Shown here piece by piece: positions 1 to 7,944 of a DNA stretch of 32,000 bases. Numbering within the stretch: the stretch's first letter is position 1; every line of letters begins with the position of its first letter. A program made the position numbers and the translations under genes. Source of the DNA: Pendulispora albinea (lineage in GTDB: Bacteria > Myxococcota_A > Polyangia > Polyangiales > Polyangiaceae); assembly GCF_037157815.1 (NCBI RefSeq), contig NZ_CP089984.1. The stretch is one strand, 5' to 3'. The notes under the pieces are model-generated. The model was not told where the DNA came from. It saw only the letters and a list, made by a program, of their open reading frames with translations, and did not search any database.

Positions 1-806
1 AACAAGATGCCGTACATGGCGTCGTTGAGCAGCATGTCCAGCCGCTCCACCGCCGCCATCCACGCGATCTCCGACATGCACAGGCCCGACGAATAGTTCG
101 TCTGGTGGATGTAGCGGCCGTACTCGTTGGTGGCTTCGTCGGTGGCCCGGCGGATGATGCGGAAATTTTCTTGGGTCGCGAAGGTGCCGCCGTAGCCCTC
201 GGTGGTCGCGCCGTGGGGCACGTAGTCGAGCAGCGACTGCGCCGTCGCGCGGATGACCGCCACGATGTCCGCGCCCGCGTAGGCCGCCGCCTTGGCTTGC
301 ACCGCATCGTCGTAGATGTTGCCGGTGGCTACGATGACATAGCGCAGCGGTGAAGCCCCCGGCACGACCCGCGCCTTGAGCGCCTCGCGCTCCGTGCGCG
401 CGCGGTCGATGCGCTCGATGGCCGCCGCGGTGTGCGGTGCCAGCGCGCCGCGGACCTCTTCGATGGATGGCCCGCCCTCGCCCGAGTCCAGCTCGTGGCC
501 GTATGCCAGCCGCTCGGCCGCGTCTTGAATGGTGCTCGAGCCGTCGAGCAGCGCGCGGCCGAGAAAGTACGTCATCCCGCGGCCGAGCAGACCTGCCTTG
601 TGGTACCGGTCGACCGCCAAGTTGACGAGCGGCGCGCCTTGATCGTCGACGCCGTCGACCCCGTAGGCGCGCAAAAAGGTCCGTTCCGCGCCGACCGTGG
701 TGTGGCGGTCGATATAACGCTGTACGTCATCGGCGATGTCGGAGGCGAGCGCACGGCATTCCGCGACTTTGCGCTCGTCCATGGGTACGGTCGGCATGAT
801 CGGCAT
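1..806 (-). CDS. kamD: D-lysine 5,6-aminomutase alpha subunit (KamD family), N-terminal ~268 aa; the C-terminal part runs off the window
   Basis: Absent from the ORF track because it is open at the window edge. My reverse-strand translation from ATG 806 reads MPIMPTVPMDERKVAECRALASDIADDVQRYIDRHTTVGAERTFLRAYGVDGVDD...PLRYVIVATGNIYDDAVQAKAAAYAGADIVAVIRATAQSLLDYVPHGATTEGYGGTFATQENFRIIR...NYSSGLCMSEIAWMAAVERLDMLLNDAMYGILF. This follows remembered clostridial KamD motifs (YVIVATGNIYED, GADVIAVIR, SLLDYVPYGATTEGFGGTYATQENFR, LCMPEIAAMGAIERLDVMLNDALYGILF) almost motif for motif. Confidence 0.85.
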   Translation of the reverse strand, partial: MPIMPTVPMDERKVAECRALASDIADDVQRYIDRHTTVGAERTFLRAYGVDGVDDQGAPLVNLAVDRYHKAGLLGRGMTYFLGRALLDGSSTIQDAAERLAYGHELDSGEGGPSIEEVRGALAPHTAAAIERIDRARTEREALKARVVPGASPLRYVIVATGNIYDDAVQAKAAAYAGADIVAVIRATAQSLLDYVPHGATTEGYGGTFATQENFRIIRRATDEATNEYGRYIHQTNYSSGLCMSEIAWMAAVERLDMLLNDAMYGIL

Positions 807-839
807 TTGCCATGACCATGCCTTCGTCCACAACCCCCG

Positions 840-1463
840 TCAGGAGATGCAGCCAAGCGCGGCGAGCAGCGCGCCCGCCGCGACGAGCCCGAATGTCAGC
901 GCCGGTGGCCATCGCTGCGGACCTTGCATGAGGAGCGAGCCGATCCCGAGGTAGAAGAGCAGCCCCCCCGCGCCCAGGGCCGCGTAGGCAAAAAGGCCGG
1001 GGCGCTCGTCGCGCGCGAGATCCTCCTGCAACTGCGCCTCGAGCGAGGCCGCCGTTTGGTCGGTGTCCGCGGCCCGGTGGTTCGCGCCGATGCGTGCAAG
1101 CTGCACATTCGCCTGGCGCAAGCGCTCGCGGCCGTCTTCCGCGCCCACCCGCGTCGACAGCGCCGCCGCGCGCACCGCCCGCCACGCGCGCGCCGCCTCG
1201 GACCAATGGCCCTCCTGCTCCGCCTTTTGGGCCATCGCCACCAGCCGCTCGTAGCCGCGCGCAGGGTAGGGGCTCCCCGGCGCGCGCGCCTCCGCCGCGG
1301 CACGCGCTTCATCGATGGCGGCCGGAATGTCGCCGCGCGCGAGGGCCGCGTCGCTCGCGACCATGGAGCGCGCGCCGATACCGAATTGACGCGCGATCGC
1401 CACCGCAAAGACGATGGCCATCGCCAGGAGCAATCGGAGAGCGATGCGCGGAACGCTTTTCAC
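840..1463 (-). CDS. Membrane protein of unknown function (N-terminal TM anchor, Ala/Arg-rich helical middle, two C-terminal TM helices)
   Basis: ORF track 207 aa. The GTG start at 1463 overlaps the TGA of the upstream CDS (GTGA at 1460-1463). Hydrophobic segments are IALRLLLAMAIVFAVAIA, LFAYAALGAGGLLFYLGIGSLL and ALTFGLVAAGALLAALGCI. No enzymatic motif recognised. Confidence 0.55.
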   Translation of the reverse strand: MKSVPRIALRLLLAMAIVFAVAIARQFGIGARSMVASDAALARGDIPAAIDEARAAAEARAPGSPYPARGYERLVAMAQKAEQEGHWSEAARAWRAVRAAALSTRVGAEDGRERLRQANVQLARIGANHRAADTDQTAASLEAQLQEDLARDERPGLFAYAALGAGGLLFYLGIGSLLMQGPQRWPPALTFGLVAAGALLAALGCIS

Positions 1464-2395
1464 GGGAGGTCACGCCGCTGAAACAGGATGGCCGCCAGAG
1501 TGACGAACAGGAGCGCGTACATCAACGCATTTTGCGCGGCAGAAGCGACGAAAGACCAAACGGGCATCTCCGGCACCTGCCCCAGGAGCAGCGCCCGCGG
1601 CGGAACATAGAGCTGCAGGTTCGGCACGGCGTGGGCGAGCGCCTTCCCGACCGCCCGAAACGTGGGGCCGAGCGGGCCAAACACGCGCGCGGGCAAGTTG
1701 CCCAACGCGTCCGCCTCCCGCCCGGCCACGAAGGCCCCCAACGTGAAAACCGCCGTGAGCGCAGGCGACGCAAACGACGCAAAGAAGCTCGCCAAGGCGC
1801 ACACGATGGCCACCTCGGACACGGCCAGCGCGCACGAGGCGAGCAACAACCGACGCTCCCCGTCCGCCGGCACCAGCGCCGCCATGGCCGCAAACCACAC
1901 GAACGACCACGGAACGACCGCGTCGGTGCTCCGCCGCGGCATCCACCGCGCGACCACGACCAGCGCCGCGACCAGGGCGGCCGACACCGCGAGCGCTTGG
2001 CCGGCCGCCCCCGACTCCGCGGCCAAAAAACCGAGCGCGCAGCCACCTTGCAGCGCGATGAACACGACCAACGTGAGCAAGGTCCCGAGGTATTTTCCTA
2101 CGAGATACTCGTGTCGCCGCAGGGCGCGGGTCAGCATGGGCACGATGGTTTTGCGCTCGATTTCGCGGTGAAGCGTGGTCGATCCCAGAACGATGGCCGC
2201 CAGCACCGCGCCGAGCGAGGTGGACGCCGCCCCGAGGTCGGCCACCACGCGCCGCTCCTCGTGGATGGACAGCGCCCCCACGAACAGCGCGTACACGCTC
2301 GCGGCGAACCCCAGCGCGAGCATCGCGTGCAGCACGCGCGCCCGCACCGCCTCGCGGTACGCGTTCAGGGCGACGGCGAGGACGCGCGCCATCAT
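1460..2395 (-). CDS. ABC-2-type transporter permease-like polytopic membrane protein (no cognate ATPase in the window)
   Basis: The track ORF is 372 aa, but its first 61 aa are Arg-rich and overlap the upstream CDS. I place the start at MMARVLAVALNAYREAV (ATG 2395), which gives an ATGA overlap with the stop of 2392..3045. Multiple hydrophobic helices are present. HREIERKTIVPMLTRALRRHEYLVGKYLG resembles the E-x-E-x-x-T...L-x-G-K loop of ABC-2/NosY-type permeases. Confidence 0.55.
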   Translation of the reverse strand: MMARVLAVALNAYREAVRARVLHAMLALGFAASVYALFVGALSIHEERRVVADLGAASTSLGAVLAAIVLGSTTLHREIERKTIVPMLTRALRRHEYLVGKYLGTLLTLVVFIALQGGCALGFLAAESGAAGQALAVSAALVAALVVVARWMPRRSTDAVVPWSFVWFAAMAALVPADGERRLLLASCALAVSEVAIVCALASFFASFASPALTAVFTLGAFVAGREADALGNLPARVFGPLGPTFRAVGKALAHAVPNLQLYVPPRALLLGQVPEMPVWSFVASAAQNALMYALLFVTLAAILFQRRDLP

Positions 2396-3045
2396 CGCCT
2401 GCGCGTGCGCGCCACGTAGTCGCGAAGCCTCTGGGGAAGCGAGAGCATGGCCACCCGGATGCGTTCTTCGTAGAGCGAGCGCACGATGCCGTTTCCGAGG
2501 TTCACCAGCGCGCCGTACGTCAGCAAAACCCGCGGCCCGCCGTCTCCGGGCAGCGCGGCGTAGCGGAAGTAGCCCCACGCATCCTCGAGATCGTGCGGTC
2601 GCGAGAGATCGACCCAGAAGCGGATGCGCGCGTGCTCGGGCTCCTTTTTGAGGTGCAACGTGTACGCCGCGTCGATCAGCGCATTGCCATGGTGGACTTC
2701 CATGTACGCATCGCGGCTCGCGTCCGGCGTGGATCGATCGCGCGTGCGATCGAGACGCCGCACGAACTTGGCGCGCGGCAGGACCTGCCCGTACGCGCTC
2801 TCGTCATCCATCAGCGCCGTGAGCTCCTCCGGCGTGGCCGCCACGATGGTGTACGTCACGCCGCCGACATACCGGTGGCCCTCGAGATCGAGCGTCTGCG
2901 GCCGCACCACCGTTTCGCCCCGTTCGATGCGCAGAAGCTCGGCTTGCGACAAGCCCTCGGCCCTCGCCTCGCGGCACCCCACCGCCGCCCCGAGGGGCGC
3001 CAATGCGAGGGTCAAGAGAAGCGTCCTTCGCGTTGCGCTCGCCAT
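2392..3045 (-). CDS. Lipoprotein, possibly SRPBCC/START-like fold
   Basis: ORF track 217 aa. The signal peptide carries a lipobox-like LGAAVGC. Length and beta-rich pattern (VGGVTYTIVAATPEEL..., AYTLHLKKEPEHARIRFWVDL, WGYFRYAAL) suggest a cyclase/dehydrase-like fold. The fold call is weak. Confidence 0.5.
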   Translation of the reverse strand: MASATRRTLLLTLALAPLGAAVGCREARAEGLSQAELLRIERGETVVRPQTLDLEGHRYVGGVTYTIVAATPEELTALMDDESAYGQVLPRAKFVRRLDRTRDRSTPDASRDAYMEVHHGNALIDAAYTLHLKKEPEHARIRFWVDLSRPHDLEDAWGYFRYAALPGDGGPRVLLTYGALVNLGNGIVRSLYEERIRVAMLSLPQRLRDYVARTRRR

Positions 3046-3137
3046 GTGCGATGCACTCTAGCGACAACGCGCGACAAAGCGTCGCGAAACCACGCAGCGT
3101 TCATGCGAAGTTCATGCAAACGTGCTCGAACGTTGGC

Positions 3138-4121
3138 TCACTCCTCCGAGCCGACCACGATCTTCACGCGGGGCCCGACCGCGATGGGGAGCTCCCCGCG
3201 CAGCTCGTGCAGATCGCCGTCGATCATGTACCGCATGGTTCCATCGGCGCTCTCGATGTACGCCCGATCGGAGGTCGCCTCGAGCGTCTTGCCCGCCCGC
3301 ATCGGCTCCGCGCGCCAGATACGCGGTAGCTCGCGCACGAAACCCATCGGTGACGCCGTGATGCCAAGCATGTGAAACGACTGCGGCCGCTCCGCATACC
3401 GATAGAACGGCCGGAACCCCAGCCCGATCTGATCGATGGTCCCGCCGGCGACGGCGAGGAAGTCGCGCTTCTCCCAGCGCGTTCCATCGGCGAAGGTGAC
3501 CTGCCCGCGGAAAGGTTGGGCCATACGCCGGATCATCTCGCCGCCGACCAACGTGCTGCCCACGCCGCGCGCCAAGGTCTTGGCCGCCACCAGCGGGGTC
3601 GGATCGCCGCCGCGGTAATACTCGGCGAGAAACCCGTGCACCACGCCCGTGCCAAAGAGAAACCCGTAGTGCTCGCCGATGCGCATCACATGGCGCTCCA
3701 CATTGAGCAGCGGCCGGGTGGCGCGCTCCGCGTAATCGCGAATGAGCCGCCCGAGCAGCCCCTCGGGCTTGCCCCGCCGGATGCCCACCGAGTTGGCCAC
3801 CGTGTTCATGGTGCCGCCGCGCAAGAAGGCGAGCTGAGGTAAGGCGCTGCCGTTGTAGACGTTGATGAAACCGGTAATCGTGACGTGGTTCGTCCCGTCG
3901 CCGCCGCTGATGCCGAGCACGTCGATCTTGAGCCGCTGGAAGTCCTCCGCGATGCGGTGCAGCTCATCGATCGAGCGCGCCTCCCGCAAAATACCGTGAT
4001 CGCCGAGCGCGCGCGCCAGACGACGTGCGGCGCGAGGGTCGCGCGAATTTCGCCTGCTGCGGGGGTTGAGGACGACTCCGATTCCCGACATGACCGCTTG
4101 GTATGACGATTGTGGGCTCAT
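3138..4121 (-). CDS. Diacylglycerol kinase-family lipid kinase (YegS/LCB5/BmrU-like)
   Basis: ORF track 327 aa. DAGK catalytic-domain signatures are VLGISGGDGTNHV (GGDGT) and FLRGGTMNTVANSVG. An alternative start at ATG 4091 (MSGIGVVLNP) is possible. Confidence 0.8.
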   Translation of the reverse strand: MSPQSSYQAVMSGIGVVLNPRSRRNSRDPRAARRLARALGDHGILREARSIDELHRIAEDFQRLKIDVLGISGGDGTNHVTITGFINVYNGSALPQLAFLRGGTMNTVANSVGIRRGKPEGLLGRLIRDYAERATRPLLNVERHVMRIGEHYGFLFGTGVVHGFLAEYYRGGDPTPLVAAKTLARGVGSTLVGGEMIRRMAQPFRGQVTFADGTRWEKRDFLAVAGGTIDQIGLGFRPFYRYAERPQSFHMLGITASPMGFVRELPRIWRAEPMRAGKTLEATSDRAYIESADGTMRYMIDGDLHELRGELPIAVGPRVKIVVGSEE

Positions 4122-4185
4122 CGGTCAAGAGCCGCGGTAGCCCGAAGCGAAGCGTGAGGAAGCCGCGAGCGCCTCGCGCACACTC

Positions 4186-5190
4186 GTGCTTATGATGCCA
4201 TTCATGGTGACTTCCTCCCTTTCGGGGTCCAGCTTTTCGCCCGAGCCGAGCCTATCCAGCCAAATCGAGCACGCCCGGCGCGCCGCGCTCCTCGTTCGCG
4301 CGACCGACCTCGCGGTCATCGTCGTAACCGGTGGCGACCGCATCTCGTGGCTCAACGGTCTGGTCACGTGCAACCTCGCGAACGTGACCCCTGGCCACGC
4401 CGTCTATGGCCTCGCCGTCCAACTGAAAGGGCGAATCGTCTGCGATGTCACCGTGCTCGTGGCCGAGGATCGCGCTCTGGTCGTGGTCCCCGCATCGGCC
4501 CGCGAAGAGCTTACGCAAGCCTTCGATCACTACTTGGTGATGGAGGATGTGGAGCTCGCACATCTGCCATTTGCCATCTGGCAAGCGCATGGCCCTCGCG
4601 CACGCGATCTCGTCGCCCCCGCGCGTGCCGCATCCCCCGCCATCGCCGCCGCGGAGATCGATTTCACGGGTCTCGGCGGTGCCATCGTGCTCGCGCCCGA
4701 GTCCGAGGAGGCGGCCGCCTGGCACGCGCTCGAGCCCACCTTGAAGTCCGCCGGTGGTCTCGTAGGCGACGACGCGGGCTGGGAAGCCTTGCGCCTCGAG
4801 CACGCGGTGCCGCGCTTTGGAAAGGACTTCGACGCCACCACCTATCCGCAGGAGGCCACCTTGGAGCGCCGCGCGGTGTCCTTCGACAAGGGCTGCTACC
4901 TCGGCCAAGAGGTCGTGTGCATGCTCGAGATGCGCGGCCGGGTCAAACGCAAGCTCGCGCCGCTCGTCCTCGCCAACCACGATCCCGGCGATCCGCCCGC
5001 CAAAGGCACCGCCGTCTTCGACACGACCGGCAAACAAGTGGGCGAGGTCACGAGCAGCGCCCCCAGCCCCACGTTGCAAACGCACATCGCCTTCGCGATG
5101 CTCAAAGCCGCATCCGCCGCCGCCGACACCCTCGTCAAAGTCGGAAGCCGCGACGCGCGCGTCGTCGACAAACCCGCGCGCGCGGGCTGA
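4186..5190 (+). CDS. ygfZ: Folate-binding GcvT-fold protein YgfZ/CAF17 family
   Basis: ORF track 334 aa. Motifs: DLAVIVVTGGDRISWLNGLVTCNL, EALRLEHAVPRFGKDF and VSFDKGCYLGQEVVCMLEMRGRVKRKL (K-G-C-Y-x-G-Q-E is the YgfZ signature). The true start is uncertain (GTG 4186, or ATG 4192/4195/4204). Confidence 0.8.
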   Translation: MLMMPFMVTSSLSGSSFSPEPSLSSQIEHARRAALLVRATDLAVIVVTGGDRISWLNGLVTCNLANVTPGHAVYGLAVQLKGRIVCDVTVLVAEDRALVVVPASAREELTQAFDHYLVMEDVELAHLPFAIWQAHGPRARDLVAPARAASPAIAAAEIDFTGLGGAIVLAPESEEAAAWHALEPTLKSAGGLVGDDAGWEALRLEHAVPRFGKDFDATTYPQEATLERRAVSFDKGCYLGQEVVCMLEMRGRVKRKLAPLVLANHDPGDPPAKGTAVFDTTGKQVGEVTSSAPSPTLQTHIAFAMLKAASAAADTLVKVGSRDARVVDKPARAG

Positions 5191-5206
5191 TCGCCCGTCG
5201 CTAAAC

Positions 5207-5305
5207 TTGCCAGACCTGCGCGAGCTGCCAGATCTGCGCGACCTGTCAGATCTGCGCGATCTGCCGGCCTTGCGCGATCTGCGCGACCTGGCAGACCTGC
5301 ACGAG
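5207..5305. repeat. 18-bp tandem repeat, about 5.5 copies, between the convergent stops of ygfZ and CDS 5323..6120
   Basis: Units read directly: TTGCCAGACCTGCGCGAG / CTGCCAGATCTGCGCGAC / CTGTCAGATCTGCGCGAT / CTGCCGGCCTTGCGCGAT / CTGCGCGAC (half) / CTGGCAGACCTGCACGAG. Several units contain the palindrome CAGATCTG. Confidence 0.9.
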
Positions 5306-5322
5306 AAGCGAGCGAGACGCGG

Positions 5323-6120
5323 TTAGAGCTTGCGATCGAGGCGAAAGAGGCGCTTGTCGCCCACGGGCGCCAAAGGCTGTACGCGGAGCATTTCCAATGC
5401 GATTTCGCGGATGCGGCTGTCTTTTCCGACCCGCAGGTGCAGGCGGTCGCCGTCGCTCTTGAGGACCTCGCACCGGCCGAAGGCGAAGTGATCGACCAGA
5501 TCGCCGGCCTCGGGAAAGAGGGTGTCGAAGTCGTCGGAGCCGCGGCGGATGGGGCGCGGTGGAACGGGGGCGTTCGTGCCGACCACTTCCCGCACGCCGG
5601 TGGAGGCGGCGATGGCGTCCGACCAGGTGGTTGGCGGCTGGATGCGTTCTTCGGCGGCGGGTGCCGGGGTGGCCGCGGGGCTCGGGACGGCGGTGACGGC
5701 GGGCACGGGGGGAGCGAGCGGATCCGTGCGCTCGGCGCCCGCCCCGTCGAGCGCGGTGGCGATGGCCTCGAAGGTGACGATGCGCGCGGCCACGATTTCA
5801 CCGGCGAGCGTGTCCATGCCGCGATCGGTCTCGCGGGCGAGCACCCCGCGCAAGGAGAGCGCGGCGCCCTCGGCGATGCCCAGGCTCCCCTCGAGAAACA
5901 AGAGCTGCACGGGCCCGGCGATGCGCCGGAGAACATCCGGTGCGCCGGCACCTTCGCTCACGGTGCGGAGCACGACATCGGACACGACGCCGCTGCCGCG
6001 CAACCAGACGCGTGTGATGCCATGATCGCGGCAGGCGGTGGCCACCGCGTCGGGGAGGGGCTCCCCGCGGGTGCCGTTGAGAAGCAGATAACGAACTTTT
6101 TCGCTCAGGGTCGTTTTCAT
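5323..6120 (-). CDS. Hypothetical protein; N-terminal PPC/DUF296-like region (weak), Pro/Ala-rich linker, small C-terminal domain
   Basis: ORF track 265 aa. The ATG at 6120 overlaps the TGA of the upstream CDS (ATGA at 6117-6120). The sequence has sensible amino-acid composition, unlike the overlapping shadow ORFs. No catalytic motif recognised. Confidence 0.6.
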   Translation of the reverse strand: MKTTLSEKVRYLLLNGTRGEPLPDAVATACRDHGITRVWLRGSGVVSDVVLRTVSEGAGAPDVLRRIAGPVQLLFLEGSLGIAEGAALSLRGVLARETDRGMDTLAGEIVAARIVTFEAIATALDGAGAERTDPLAPPVPAVTAVPSPAATPAPAAEERIQPPTTWSDAIAASTGVREVVGTNAPVPPRPIRRGSDDFDTLFPEAGDLVDHFAFGRCEVLKSDGDRLHLRVGKDSRIREIALEMLRVQPLAPVGDKRLFRLDRKL

Positions 6121-7253
6121 CGCATCATTGGGAACATCGAGGCCGATGCCGCGTGCTGTGCAGGCGCGGTGGGCGTGGTGGAAGAAGAAGCAGCGCGTGG
6201 TGCTCTGGGCGCATACACGATGCCCAGGGTGAAGCGAAAGCGCGGCGTGGTGACCGCGTCATCGCCGAAGGGAATGGCGCCGCCTCCGCCGATTTGAAAG
6301 GCCACGTCGGCCTGGGCGAAGGGGGCGCTCCGAAGCGCCGCGGTCCACTCGGCGGGCACGATGTGTTTTCCGTTCGGTTCGCTCCCGAGGAAGGCGCCCC
6401 TTTGCACGAGCCCGTGTTGTTCGGTGAAAATTGGAAGCACGCGGCCCTCGCCGCTCACGCTGAGGAGCTCCCGCGGCAGAATGTCGAAGCCCGCGCCGAG
6501 CGCCGCGTACCCCTGCGTGCCGATGCGCGCGCCCACGAACTCCGAGGTTTGCCGCAGCCGCGCGCCGAGCTCGACCCCGCCAAAGAACCGACCGAGCCGC
6601 AGATCGGCCGCGAGCGACGGCACGAAGACCGCGCCTTTGTCGCCGGCGAATTGCCCCGTATCCCCCGTGGGGGCCGACACGACGAAGCGCCCCGCGAGCG
6701 ACCACGGTCGCACCTCGCGCGCATCGCCTCCCTTGTCGCGCGAAGTCCCCGAATCCCGGGATGGCGCAGGGCTTTCGCGGGGGACGATGGCGTAGGTGAG
6801 CCCGAAGCGCAAATCGCGGCGGGCCGTGTCGCGCAAGGGCTCGCCGGCGGTGATGCCGCTGACGCCGCTGCCGCTCTGGACCAAGGTGAGCGGCATCGCC
6901 GCATCGAGCTCCAGCCGTTTGGTCAATCCGTAGGCGAAGAGGAAGGTGGCGTTGACTTGATTGTCGACCGCGTTGACGTCCGTGCCGGTGGGCCCCGGTG
7001 TCGGCAGGTGCAGAACGATGGGGCGCGATAAGTACGACGTGACGAGCCCGAACCCGATGTGTCCCGGTGCAACCGTCTCGGTGCCGCCCACGCCCACGAA
7101 GCGCGAGGGTCCGGCGTGGGGCCAGAGCGTATCGCTGTCGATGCACGTGTTGGTGAGCGGGTTGTCGCAGCGCGCATGGGCCGCGCTCGGCGCGAACGCC
7201 GCCGCGAAGGACCCGAGGACGAAGGGAAGCACGAAAGGCCGCGATCGGCGCAT
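6117..7253 (-). CDS. Secreted protein, possible outer-membrane beta-barrel
   Basis: The track ORF is 463 aa, but its first 85 aa are junk-like. I place the start at ATG 7253 (MRRSRPFVLPFVLGSFAAAFAPSAAHA, a clear signal peptide). The rest alternates Gly/aromatic-rich beta-like stretches (FGLVTSYL, ATFLFAYGL, LRFGLTYAI, RFRFTLGIVYA). The function call is weak. Confidence 0.5.
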   Translation of the reverse strand: MRRSRPFVLPFVLGSFAAAFAPSAAHARCDNPLTNTCIDSDTLWPHAGPSRFVGVGGTETVAPGHIGFGLVTSYLSRPIVLHLPTPGPTGTDVNAVDNQVNATFLFAYGLTKRLELDAAMPLTLVQSGSGVSGITAGEPLRDTARRDLRFGLTYAIVPRESPAPSRDSGTSRDKGGDAREVRPWSLAGRFVVSAPTGDTGQFAGDKGAVFVPSLAADLRLGRFFGGVELGARLRQTSEFVGARIGTQGYAALGAGFDILPRELLSVSGEGRVLPIFTEQHGLVQRGAFLGSEPNGKHIVPAEWTAALRSAPFAQADVAFQIGGGGAIPFGDDAVTTPRFRFTLGIVYAPRAPRAASSSTTPTAPAQHAASASMFPMMR

Positions 7254-7347
7254 GCGCGGGCACGTTATCATGGTGCACATTGGCGCTCGTTGATTTAGAA
7301 CGCCCGGCGTGTCGTTCTCATCGTCGGACCAACCTACGCCTACACGA

Positions 7348-7944
7348 ATGGCCGCGGCGCGATTGGTTTTGGGCAGCGGCTCGCCCCGCCGTCGCGAGAT
7401 CCTCGAGTCGCTTCGCATTCCGTTCTTCGTGCGCATCCCGCACGTCGACGAGACCGTGCAACCCGGCGAGGGCCCGGACGCGTACTTGGAGCGGGTCGTA
7501 GGGGCCAAGCTCGGCGCCGTTCATGCTTTGCTCGACGAGGCGGAGCAGCAAACGGCCGCTATCATTCTGGTGGCCGACACCAGCGTGATCCACCGCGGCG
7601 AGATCCTCGGAAAGCCTGCGAACGTGGAGCACGCCGAGGCCATGGTGCGCGCGCTCGCCGGCGACACCCACGAGGTGAAGACGCGCTTTGCGCTCGCATC
7701 CAGCGCGACGGGCTTGCCCTTTCACGCGGAGACCGTGACGACCAAGGTCACCTTCCGCGCGCTCTCCGACGAAGAAATCCGCGACTACGCGGCGAGCGGG
7801 GAGGGGGCGGACAAGGCGGGCGCGTACGCCGTCCAAGGCTTTGGCGCATCGTTCGTCTCCCGCATCGACGGCAATTATTCCAACGTGGTGGGCCTCCCCG
7901 CGTGCGAGCTGGTGGTCGCGCTGCAACGCCACGCGCCGCGATGA
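7348..7944 (+). CDS. maf: Maf-like nucleoside triphosphate pyrophosphatase
   Basis: Motifs: RLVLGSGSPRRREILESL, ILVADTSVI, ILGKP and DKAGAYAVQGFGASFVSRIDGNYSNVVGLP. The track starts at GTG 7309. ATG 7348 (MAAARLVLGSGSPRR) fits the usual Maf N-terminus better. Confidence 0.85.
   Translation: MAAARLVLGSGSPRRREILESLRIPFFVRIPHVDETVQPGEGPDAYLERVVGAKLGAVHALLDEAEQQTAAIILVADTSVIHRGEILGKPANVEHAEAMVRALAGDTHEVKTRFALASSATGLPFHAETVTTKVTFRALSDEEIRDYAASGEGADKAGAYAVQGFGASFVSRIDGNYSNVVGLPACELVVALQRHAPR

Noticed and set aside
2396-2578. 61-aa N-terminal extension of the permease ORF, and the 85-aa extension of ORF 6117..7508 (7254-7508)
   Set aside because: The extensions are Arg-rich and non-hydrophobic and overlap neighbouring genes or spacers. 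Internal starts give an ATGA-coupled permease and a canonical signal peptide respectively.
4817-5326. ORF reading the 18-bp repeat as LPDLRELPDLRDLSDLRDLPALRDLRDLADL (leucine-rich-repeat-like peptide)
   Set aside because: Its upstream part is out of frame inside ygfZ and is Arg/Pro/Ser-rich junk. There is no start or SD near the repeat. The periodic peptide is just the translation of a DNA tandem repeat located between two convergent stops.
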